The translations under genes were made by a program, and so were the position numbers. The notes beneath the pieces were generated by a model. It made no database searches and had not been told where the DNA came from. It saw only the letters and a program-made list of their open reading frames with translations. From positions 3,801,782 to 3,865,781 of the forward strand of contig MU057102.1 in assembly GCA_013239625.1 (NCBI GenBank): DNA of 64,000 nucleotides, in the 5' to 3' direction. Positions 1-10,499 of this stretch are shown in pieces. The stretch's first letter is position 1; the number at the start of each line of letters is the position of its first letter. Origin of the DNA: Lama guanicoe. Taxonomy: Eukaryota.

Positions 1-345
1 CCACACCCTTCTCTCCCTGATCATCTGTGGCCTCTGTGTCTGCCGGTGTCCCCGTACCTTGGGGACTAGCTGATTGCCTGCCTGGGCTGTGGCATGCGGC
101 TGTCAGTGCCGGAGTCCATGCTGGTGTCCAGCAGATTCTGGGAGTGAGCTGAGTGAACATCCTGCAGATGGGGACGGAGGGCTGTGTGTGCCAAGAGGCT
201 CCAGCCCGCTGATGGCGGCCAGTTTCTTCCCTTGCTGGGGTGCCGGGCGCTGGACAGTTCTCCTGGAGTGCTGGCGGTGGTGGCAGGATGTGCAGCCTAT
301 GGGTTTTGGACGTGCCCCGCCCACCAAAGCCTGTCTCTCTTGCAG

Positions 346-469
346 GCCTGGCAGTGGCAGAGTACGACCAACCCTACGGCGGGCTCCTGGACATTCTGCG
401 GGGGGGCACCGAGCGCCTCTTCACCAACATCAAGGACACCTCCTCCAAGGTCATCCAGTCGGTCGCCAA
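346..469 (+). CDS. GAK: GAK coding exon, linker after the kinase domain (GLAVAEYDQPYGG...KVIQSVA)
   Basis: ttgcag|GC acceptor and AA|gtgagt donor; 124 nt; translation matches the GAK/auxilin pre-PTEN segment; gene continues upstream of the window. Confidence 0.95.
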
Positions 470-3400
470 GTGAGTCAGGGGCGTACAGGCATGTGGCGTC
501 TCTGCAGTGAGATTTCCGAGCCCCGGGCACAGCCCTGTCTCCAAAGTTGGGAGAACCCATGCTTGCGGCCACGGGTGAGCGTGCTGAGCTCAGTGCCTGC
601 GTGGCCTCAGCTGTCGGGCCCAGACCTGGGGCTGGGCTTGATGCTGCTGGTGGGGGTGGCCCCGTGTCCGCCCCCGCCATGGAGGATGTGTGGTGGGCAA
701 GCGGGTGTGCAGGCGCTGGCGGTGTCACTCTCCTTGAGGGAGGCCCCGGCCTCGGCACCCCTCACGTCTGCGCTGCCCCTTCCTCCGGGGCCACAGCACA
801 CAGCCTGCCTGACCGTGCTGCTGAGCTTCAACCAGGGAGCTCTCAGGAGTGCCACCTACCTTGTCCAGGGTGGCACTTTGTCTGCGTTTGTGAGACCCAC
901 GGTCCTGCAGTGCCCACAGGCACCTGTTGGCTGCATTTCCCTTGTCCATCCTTTGTGCCATGGTTGCTTTGTGTCCATAGCTGTTGGCAGCACAGGCGAA
1001 GGCAGATGTGCACACGTGAGCGAGTACGTGTGTGTGTGTGTGTATTGTACGTGAGGGCTGGTGTGCGGGCATGCGTGCGTGTGTGTGTGTGTCATGCAGT
1101 TGGTGGGCTCCGTGGCTCTCACAGGCTCTATCTCCTACACGGTCTATCTGACGAGAAGGACCTTGCTTCCCGCTGCAGGCTGGGTGTCCAGCAGGGCAGG
1201 GCAGCTGCGTCATATGGCCCTTGGTGGCATCCCAGGCCTCGCCTCGTGGCTGGCAGAAGGGGCAGAGGAAACATTTATCCATCTGTGGGGGCTGGCTCCC
1301 TGGAGTGCTGGCTACGGAGACGGCAGCCATTGTGCAGCCTGAGGCGCGAGTTCTGGGGGTGGAAGCCAGCAGGGCCCGGGCGGGGCGTGGACGGGCAGAG
1401 GTGACCACTCAGCCTCATCTGTCACCTGCCAGTGCTTCTCACAGCAGGTGACCTCGCATGACGGCTCCATGCCTGGCTGCCTGGCGTGTGAGTGCCGCCC
1501 ACCCTCAGGGATGGGCGTGGGGTGCCGTGGGTTCTTGGGGTGGACCCGACTGAACGGCAGGCCCCAGTGACAACAAACGGGCTGTGAGGGAGTCTGGTCT
1601 GCCGCCTGAGGCTAGAGAAACGAGAGTCAGCGCGAGGCCGAGGTGCTTTCCCGCCGTGTCTGCAGTGGGCCCAGCAGGGCGGAGCGTGGATGCCGGGGCT
1701 GCGTCTGTGCGGTGCTGGAGTTCCAGAACCGTGGTGACCGCCCCGTGTGCACGTCCACGGATGTTCTGCATGTCCGTGTGTTCCGAAAAGCAGTTCTGGT
1801 GAGTAACTGCTTGGGACGGCTACTCACGAGGGCGGGGGTGGTGGCCGCTCATGCCTGCTGTAGCTGATTTCACACTCCACGCGACTCACGTGAGCATCTC
1901 AATGAGCCCAATTGCACCTCGGGCTGCGGCAGGACCAGGCCACACAGTGACGGGGCACCACGCGCACCCAAGGGCAGGTCCTTGTTGGGAACGGGGTTCC
2001 TGAGAGAAGAGGAGAGGACATGGCTGTGTCCCAGACTACCCCCGGGCCTGCAGTTCGCCCGGGACACCCGACCTGGCGCACAGCCATCCTCAGGGCCACA
2101 AGTCCTTTCAGAGAGAGGGCACGCTCAGCTCAGGAAGAGGCATGGCATCATGGACAGACGGACGGACGTACTGAATTCCCAGCTGAGCTGTGATGACAGG
2201 TGTGATGCACCGTGGCCCGGGGCAGCCCCTGCAGACCCAGCCCCCAGGGCCCGTCAGGGCTGCCACGGACGTGCCCACCTGGTGCTTGCTTGCAGAAGGA
2301 CTGGCTTGCCACACGTGTGACCACACTGGACACTGTGTCACATGACTGGGCCAAGGGGAGCCCTCCCCAGGCCTTGCAGACAGGCCTGAGGGCCCGAGGT
2401 CAGGCTCTGTGTGACTGCCTGCTGCCCAGGACGTGTACCAGCAATCAGAGAAGTCCTGTGAGCCCCTGGGTTGGTGAAGTTGGTCTAGAAATAATGGTGT
2501 GAGTTTGCTCCTTTTTGGCTCTCTCCACTGAGAAGGCCTGGGGCCGGCCACAGCCCTGGCACCTGGGCTCTGGCTGTCCCTGCCCTTTCCCTCGATGCTC
2601 AGGCCGGGCGGTGTAGACTGGACACCCGGTCCTCCCTGAAAGCACTTCACAGGGCAGGACCCAGACCAGATGTGGGGTTCTCTGGCCTCAAGAAGATACT
2701 GGCAGGTGGAAACATTCCGACACCGACGGGCTCGGGATATGGGGACGCAGCTCCAGGTCTTTAGTTTACCAAACTGCAAGCAAGAGCAAAGGAACAACAG
2801 GGAAGTTCTCCTCCCCACCGGGGCTCAGGCGAGCCCTGCAGCCATGCCCACCGATGGTGTCCTCTATGTGGAGTCCCAGGGCGGCTTCAGGCCCGTCACT
2901 GGTCACAGGGACCCTCCAGGGCCATGCCAGCCCCTCGGCTGCGGACGTGTGGACCAAGGGTCCTGAGGTCTGCCTGAGGAGGCTCTCCCCCCACACACAG
3001 CCCAGCCTGTGTAGCCTCTGCGTGGCTGTGGCTCCCTTGGGGCCTGGCCCTGAGCCCCCATCTGTGGTCTTTGGTCATTTCTCCTCCACCAGGCACCTCC
3101 AGTTCCCAACTTGGCCCGTGTCTGAACGCTCGGTGTTGCCCCCCCCACGACCTGTGCGGGTGCTCCAGCTGCCTCCCCGGGGCCTAGTGCCTGGCCCCCC
3201 AGCACCAAGCCCACCTCGCAGGCCCTGCGGGCCGCCCGCTCTCGCCTGCTCTCGCCCTTCGCTCTTTCCACGCTGGGCTTTTCTTTTCCTCGCTGGCTCC
3301 TGTGTTAGGTTGCGCAGACCAGCTCTTCTGCAGAGGGTGAGCGTGCCAGCCGCTTGCTCCTCGCCTGCTGCTTGTCTTCCGCTTGCTTGTTCTGTCCTGG

Positions 3401-4084
3401 GCTTCGGTCAAGCACAGGCTGGCCTTGTGCTCTCCAGCGTGGGAAGGCCTCTCGTGCCCCGAGCTGTGAACGTGTCAGTCGTGATTCGAAGTCTGTTTCA
3501 CGTGTCTGACTGCATCGTAAGCATTTGTTTTGGTAGCTTTGCTGTTGCACGTGCGGGTCTTGGATCTGCCTGGACCTCACTTTGGGGACTTTTCTTCCCT
3601 CTTGCTTCCTCTCCCCCGACAAGAGGACGCTGCCCGGCCTCGTCCTGTGAGCCCCCCAGCCCCATGGCTCTCTGGTCTGGGAGGCTAGCCTGCCTCCTTC
3701 CCTCCTTCCTTCCTGAGCACACCAGGTGCTCTGGCTCCTCTGTGTCTTCAGACGAGCTCTGCAGCGAAGCTTTCGAGCTGCCTATGCGGCCATTGAGAGT
3801 GTTGCATCGTGTCTGTTTATGGTCAGTTTGGGGACAGTTGGTCTCTCTGGTGCTGACTCCATTCCTGCCCTCTGTGATGCCCACCGGCCGCACTTGGAGG
3901 ATGGAGGAAGGGCAGCGTGTGTGGCAGCCGGCCTGCGTGGGTGCCCTGGCCCTGGCCTGACTCCCCTGCTCAGGCCAGTCGTGCAGGAGGGCGCCCCATG
4001 CTGCCCCTCCCGGCAGACTGATGAAGACGGTGAGGGTAGACCAAGTGCAGAGGTGCAACCACGTTCACATTTGAAGGTGGTATC

Positions 4085-4202
4085 GGGTGGGAGGGTGACA
4101 GCTCTGGGGTAGAGGGCCTGCATGGTGTGCACGAGGTCCTGGGTCCAGTCCCAGTGCCTCCGTTAAGGTGGGGGGGGGGATCTAAAAAAAATGGAAAAAA
4201 GA
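4085..4202 (+). mobile_element. tRNA-derived SINE, camelid Vic-1-like
   Basis: GGGAGGGTGACAGCTCTGGGGTAGAG...GCACGAGGTCCTGGGTCCAGTCCCAGTGCCTCC (degenerate A/B boxes), A-rich tail, TSD AAGGTGGT(A/G)TC at 4074-4084 and 4203-4213. Confidence 0.8.
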
Positions 4203-4959
4203 AAGGTGGTGTCACTCCTCAGTTAATCTATATTCATTGCAATAAAAATTAAAGTCTTGACGTTGTTCCCACAGATTCTGATCTTAAATTTATGTATGAA
4301 TTACCCCAAGCTGCCAGCAATGTTTTTAAAAATAAGAATGGGAACAAATCCTATTCTCTGTCAGTTTTTCTCAAACATCCGTTGTGTTGTTACAAGTGCA
4401 GTGGTTAGACTCACAAGTGGCGCATACTCAGGTCGGGCTGCTGCGAGCAGGGCCTGTAAGTCTGAAAGGAGTGACAGGCTGATGAGTGGACGGTGCTGCA
4501 GCCATGGACACTGTGGAAAATAAAAACTCGGGTCTTATAAAGTAACAGCCAAATACAGTGATTCTGACTTGTGAAGGGATCTAATTGTGAATTGATGTTT
4601 CTTAGGAAAACCTGATAAAATACAAGGGACGTCTTGATAACACCAGAACAAGAAAGATTTAATAAATGTGACAAAAAATGTATAAGGCATGGAGGAAATG
4701 GTTAATTAATTTAACGGACACAAAATAAAATTTTTCTGTTCTTTGGGAAAACACATTTCTTTAAAATAGCAAGGAGATGTGGCAGTGGTTGGGAGTAAAC
4801 ATGTTCCAACCGCACGGCTCACAAAGGAGTAGCACCGTAAGACACAGCGGCATGTGGACGCTCAGATGCATGGCAAACGTGCCCAGGCGGTTACTGAGGG
4901 CAAGCTGTGAGTAAGCTGCAAGAGCCTGGCCCCGCGTGACCTTGTGGACGCGCTGCTGG

Positions 4960-5910
4960 AGCAAGGTCGTGATCCCCTGAAGGCCTCCTGTTTTAATTGG
5001 CGTGTTTAGACCATTGGTGTTTAAAATGTCGCGCGTAGGACTGGCTGCTCGCCGTGCCTGCTCACATCCCGTCTGTGTGTCACGTCCTGATTCAGCCTCG
5101 TCACCGTCACTGTGCTGGTCGTGGCGTCTGTGGCCAGGGATCTCTGGTGTCACGGCAGCGACCTGCTGAAGGCTCGGTGGAGGCGGGCGGTTTTCAGCAA
5201 AGAGCTATTCTGATCAAAGGGTGGACCCCGCTCGGTGGATACGAGGCTGCCGCAGGCTGTAACAGATCAGCGTCGTGTGAACAAGACTTCCAGCCGCACC
5301 GGGAAACCAGAGACTCCGCATCTGCTTTGCTGGTCCACGGAACCGCGGCGTCCCCGGGGCGCCTGTGGTGGGAGTCACAGCCGCCACACGTGTGCCCGAG
5401 CTCAGGCCGCCGCCCTCGTCCTTCGGTGCTGCTCTGCCTCCCACCCCGTTCTGTCCTTTGTGGTTGTCGCTGAGCATTTTACAAGGTCCCATCTCCTCTC
5501 CTCCCTCGGCACGGCAGTCATACTGCTTTTCTCTGCCGTCTGTAGTGGTTGCCCTGGAGTTTGCAGTGCCCGTCACTGCTGACCGAGTCCACTGCAGTGG
5601 CATCTGAGCGCTTCCCAGGCAGTGGGTGTGCTGTGTGCTTCCACAGGCGTGAACCCCGACTCCTCCCTCCTGGGCCTCGCATCGCTGGTCACTTCGCTCG
5701 TCCCCCCGGCACGTCTAAGCACGTGTGTACACACGTGCAGTGTGTATCTAAGCACTCACGTCGGGTGCAGCGTCACCATTATCAGTTTGAACGAAAAGTT
5801 ATTTATTAAATTAAGAACGAGAAAGGGAAACAACGAGGACCTGCCGTATGGCACAGGGAACTACATTCACTTTCCGGTCACAGCATGTAATGGAAGAGAC
5901 TCTGAAAAGA

Positions 5911-5950
<40 letters not shown>

Positions 5951-7030
5951 CCGAATCACTGTAAATGAACTACACTTCAATTAAAACAAACAAAAGAGCA
6001 CCTGGGAAAAAAAGAACGAGTAAAGGAAACGTTTTTATTTGATCTTCATTCATCCCTCCTTCCATGCTCTTCTGTTCCCTGCGGAGATCTGAGTTTCTGC
6101 CCCTCATCCTTCTTTCTGAGGGACTTCTTCAACAACATCTCCAGAAGGCGGGTCTTCTGGCCACAGGTTGCCTGAGTTTTTGTTAGAGAGTCTTTATTTC
6201 TCTTCTGTTGGAGGGTAGCTCCTCAGGCAGAGAATCCTGGGCTGCTGGCTTTTTCTCCCGACCCTGCGAACAGTTCACTTCCCTCTCGCTTGGTTTCCGG
6301 GAGAAGTCGGATGTACCTCTTCTCTTGGTTGCTCTGCAGGTAAAGCGTCCCCGCCCCCGGCTTCTCTCAGGATTTCTTCTTTCCTTGATTTTCTGTAATT
6401 TGAAGCTGTCACGGCTGGCGTAGTTTCCCTGCACGTATCCTGCCTGGTGTCCTCAGAGCTTCCCGGATCTGTGCTTTGGTGTCTGGTGCTACTTTGGGGA
6501 AAGTGTCGGTCGTACTGTTTCAGGGCTCCTTCAGGCCCTTCCTCTCTCTCTCTCTTCTGGAGTTCCCGCCATGTGCCTGTGACACCTTCTGAGGTCGCCC
6601 CGCCGCCCCTTTGCTCTTCAGTTTTCGGGGTCTGTACCGAGAGGCCCTCTAGCTCAGAGTCTCCCCTGGGCTGTGTCCAGTCCACTCAGCCTGTCAAACA
6701 GAGCCTTCGTTTCTGTGTTTGCACCGCCGGCCCTCCTCCTTGGTTCTCTCAGAGGGTGTCCACCTCTGCTCACGCTTCCCGCAAGTCCTGGGTGCCGTCC
6801 ACTGTGTCCACTGGGGCCTCAGCACGTTAATCGTAGTTGTTTTAAACGCCGTCTGATAACCCAGCATCCCTGCCGTGCCTGCTTCTGACGCGTGTTCTTT
6901 CTCTTCACGTGTTTTTTCACCATTCGGTCTGCCTTATAATTATCTTCTGAGCCAGACATGAGGTACTGGGTCAAAAAAACAACATCTTCCGTTTTCGTTG
7001 CTCTCTCCCCCAAGCCAGCTCCTAGTGTCA
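4960..7030 (-). mobile_element. Ancient L1M remnant (ORF1 and start of ORF2), antisense
   Basis: Minus-strand translations FKLQKIKE...GTSDFS...EIKTL (ORF1-like) and NTNGLNTPIK (endonuclease start); edges approximate. Confidence 0.7.
5832..6011 (+). mobile_element. Short L1 3'-end fragment (artiodactyl type) with internal (GT)17, inserted in the older L1
   Basis: ...GCACAGGGAACTACATTCA...ACTTCAATTAAAA; flanking repeats AAGAACGAG(T)AAAGG at 5813 and 6012; (GT)n at 5913-5946. Confidence 0.7.
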
Positions 7031-7343
7031 CAGCTGTTCAGAGCAGGAAAGCAGTGAGAGCTCAGCACCTCCTCTGTGGGGTCCGTGCCTCTCCACCACC
7101 TGCAGTTTATAATTGCTCGTCTGCTTCTTAGATAGATGTCGGCTCCGTGTGTGCATGTGTGTGTGGTCACGCAGGTGCACGCATGCGCACTGACACGTAT
7201 GCACACGCACCCAGCTTTCCCTGTGAGCTGCCACCAGAACGGTAAGGTCCCCCGCGGCCTCTCCAGGACTTGCTTCAGTCTAAGCTCTTGTGAGTTAACT
7301 GTGGAGATTTTCTGCAATAACCACGTGCTCTTTTTCATTCCAG

Positions 7344-7393
7344 TTACGCAAAGGGAGATTTGGACATATCTTACATTACATCCAGAATTGCAG
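7344..7393 (+). CDS. GAK: GAK exon, start of PTEN-like domain (YAKGDLDISYITSRIA)
   Basis: ttccag|T ... G|gtacgt; 50 nt; phase-compatible with neighbours. Confidence 0.95.
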
Positions 7394-7939
7394 GTACGTT
7401 TGCCAACTTTAACCATAAGGACACACTTTGATTCTTCCCTGTCCTGGGGCGGCTTCTGGTGTCTGACCTCCAGCCCATCCTGTGCTGCCATGTCAGGCAG
7501 GGCGGGCAGGGTGCAGCCAGTGGAGAGGGAAAGTGCCTCTCGGGTGGGCATTCACTTCCCCGAAATGTGGCCTGAGGTGTCCGTCCCCGTGGCCAGTGTG
7601 CCTCCAGGCCCTGTAGTGGACAGTGCCAGGGTCAACCCAGCTTCTTCCCCGGTCTGAAACTTCCTGAAACTCTGCGGTCGTGAGGAAAGAGATACAAGGC
7701 CACACGTGTTAAAACGTGGGTCTCTGGGTAAAAAACAAAATGCAAACACTTGGAGACCCTCTGGTGTAGCAGGCTCTACGGCAGAACCTGCGTCTTGCGG
7801 CCGGGGCTGGGACCTCTGCTCCGACCCTCCTCGGGACTCGCTGCACCAGTCAGTCAGCGCTGCGCCGCTGAGTCAGCGGCTGTGTTGCTAGTGAGGCTGT
7901 GGGGCGGCCACGGTGGCTGATGGGGCTCCTCTCTTTCAG

Positions 7940-8088
7940 TGATGTCGTTCCCGGCAGAGGGTGTAGAGTCAGCCATCAAGAATAACATAGAAGACGTGCG
8001 GGTGTTCCTGGACTCGAAGCATCCGGGCCGCTACGCGGTGTACAACCTGTCCCCGCGCACCTACCGGCCCTCCAAGTTTCACAGCCGG
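7940..8088 (+). CDS. GAK: GAK exon, PTEN-like domain (VMSFPAEGVESAIKNNIEDVR...FHSR)
   Basis: tttcag|TG ... CGG|gtgagc; 149 nt. Confidence 0.95.
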
Positions 8089-8596
8089 GTGAGCGGCCGG
8101 GCCTCTGCTGCCCTCTGAGTGTGGTGTTCTTACAATGGGCGCTTAGCCTGGTGTGGCACTCGGTCCACCTTTGCCACTTTCTGGTGGGGCCGGGGGCTGC
8201 AGTGGGAGGGCGGCTCCTGTGTGTGAGGATACAGGGGTCCGAGGGCAGCGGGTGGTAGGGAGTCAAGGAGGACTCCAGAGTGTGAATGGAGAGGAGACTG
8301 GTGGTCTGGTTTAACCAGCTAAGGCTGGCTGAGCTGGCGCTGTCTCTGTGTCTCACCGTCCAGCGGCAACAGGGGCCCCTCTGTGTTCTCAGCACTGAAG
8401 ACTCGGATGTGGGCACTTCTCACCGTATTTAAACTCATCCCGAGCGGGAAGGGCAGGCTCTAAACCCCCGGTGCCATGTTGCACAAAGAGCTCAGTGCTG
8501 AGCGGAACCTGCAGGCACCCGTGGGCCCGGGTAGGGTGGAGGGAAGCCCCCGTGGGCCGGCACGCCTGGCCGACGAGCCCGGTCCTCTCCCTGCAG

Positions 8597-8719
8597 GTCT
8601 CCGAGTGCGGCTGGGCCGCCCGGCGGGCCCCACACCTCCACAGCCTGTACAGCGTGTGTAGAAATATGCATGCGTGGCTGCGGCAGGACCCCAGGAACGT
8701 CTGCGTGGTGCACTGCATG
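8597..8719 (+). CDS. GAK: GAK exon, PTEN-like domain (VSECGWAARRAPHL...CVVHCM)
   Basis: ctgcag|GTC ... ATG|gtgagc; 123 nt. Confidence 0.95.
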
Positions 8720-9484
8720 GTGAGCAGGCTGCCCGAGCCATCCCTGCGCAGGGGCCGGGGGGGTGCACCAGGTGTCCTGAGTGGTGGCGCCAGTGCCAGG
8801 AGGAGCTGCCGCCCGGGTGGGGTGCACACGCCCGCCCGGACACTGCCGTGGCAGTGGCCCCTGGATTTCCTCACGGAGCTGCGGCATCTCAGGCCCTGCT
8901 GAGCTCTAGGAGCCAGGTCCTGCGAGGAGCAGCCCTGCCCTGGGGTCCAGCCAGCGGCCCAGGCCCAGCGCCCAGTGTGGCTCCTGTCATCTTGAGGAAG
9001 CTGGCCCCAGGGGAGCAGCAGCTGGCCCAGTGGACACCACTGGGTCCCTTGTGTCAGGGCCTGCTTGGAGAAGACTGCCCCCTTGTGGAAGGTTCGAGTC
9101 CCCTCCTGACAGCACCGGGTGCTGAGGCCCCCCTGCCCTGCGTGGCCCTGTCTGTACCCCCCACTTCGGGGCTGAGGGTCTGTGGGCGTCACACCCAGTG
9201 GGGCATCCGCCGGCTCGTGCCCTTGGGGGTCAGTCCTGGTGTTGACAAGTCACACCCGGAGTGAGGACCAGGGAATTCAGTGGGGGGGGCCCGGGAGTTG
9301 GCCCGTGTGTCGGTGGCCGTCCCATCGTCTCCTTCCTGCTGAGGAGGCTTTATTCTCTGCTCCCCAGATTGTGGCCTCACCAGGTGGGTTTTCCTAAGTT
9401 CCCAGAGGAGCTCCAGCCCCAGGTGGGAGCCCTGAGTGTGGCGGGAGCGATAGCCACGTGAGCCTACCCTGTCCTTTGTCCTAG

Positions 9485-9618
9485 GATGGGAGAGCTGCCT
9501 CTGCTGTGGCTGTCTGCTCCTTCCTGTGCTTCTGCCGGCTCTTCAGCACCGCCGAGGCTGCCGTGTACATGTTCAGCATGAAGCGCTGCCCCCCGGGCAT
9601 CTGGCCATCCCACAAGAG
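9485..9618 (+). CDS. GAK: GAK exon, PTEN-like domain (DGRAASAVAVCSFLC...WPSHKR)
   Basis: cctag|GAT ... AG|gtatgg; 134 nt; completes HCMDGRAA, a P-loop lacking the CX5R arginine as expected for GAK. Confidence 0.95.
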
Positions 9619-10499
9619 GTATGGTGTCCGCTCTGCGGCCCCGGGGAGGTGTCACTCAGCCACCCTAGGAGGCGGAAGGAATTTGAGGAGAGTGTCTACC
9701 TACCGTGTGGGGTCGAGGTGGAGCCGGGCCAGCGAGCGCAGTCGGGGTGCACACTTGCTCGCGAGGCCATGAGGCAGCCCCTCGTTCCCCTCTCTGTGCC
9801 TGTGACTTGGCGGCTTCTCGGGGCAGTGAGGTCCGGGAGATGGTTTCCTATGGCTGCAGCAGGCTGCTGCCTCTCCTCCTACCTCCCCAGGAGCCTCTGC
9901 CTGCCCCGAGACTGGCCCCTACCCCGCCCACCCTGCAGGAGGGTGGGGCCGGGGCTCAGGCCTGTGGAGGTGCCTCGGGCACACATGCTCCCGCAGGCAC
10001 TGGGGGGGGCGTTTCCTTCCTCTGCAAGAAGGGCCTTGGTGTGGACACACAGACCCCGAGAGTCAGGGGAGCGCAGCGACTGGGGCCCTGCTGCCTCCCC
10101 GGCCCCAGGCCTGCGGGAAGAACCGGAAGGCATCCAGGCCCAGAGGAACAGAGGGTCGTTCAGGCCGTTCCTGCCACTTGGGGTGGCCGCCTTGCCCGTT
10201 GATGCTCTCCTGCCCGTGGGGCCTACTCCGCTGGCTCACTGGTGTCCGCCACCCTGAGACACAGGCCACAGGGTTGTTTCTTCTGTGTGGTTTGTGAGGG
10301 AGAGGCTGCAGATCCTTCTCTACACACCCAGGGCCCCACTGTGTCAGCAGCCGCTGGGGCGGGGTGGAGTGTGCCTGGCTCTGGAACCCCCGCCACAGAC
10401 CCCGCGGGCACGTCCTTGGGGACGTGGAAATGTAGATGCCATTCCCTCCCCAGTGACTTCAAAAGTAGTGGCACCAGTGTCGGATTCAAATCACTTCCA

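Noticed and set aside
74-1408. Several overlapping 200-330 aa ORFs
   Set aside because: Off-frame or intronic read-through in high-GC sequence; only 346-469 matches a real protein
2489-2498. Another possible microexon, ctag|AAATAATGGT|gtgagt
   Set aside because: No pyrimidine tract and a poor exonic donor context (GGT); 10 nt; weaker than the 1791 and 3309 candidates
4085-4165. tRNA-like sequence
   Set aside because: Degenerate boxes, an A tail and a TSD show it is a SINE, not a tRNA gene
8711-9500. Missing CX5R arginine in the PTEN-like P-loop
   Set aside because: Normal for GAK, a known pseudophosphatase domain; not a lesion
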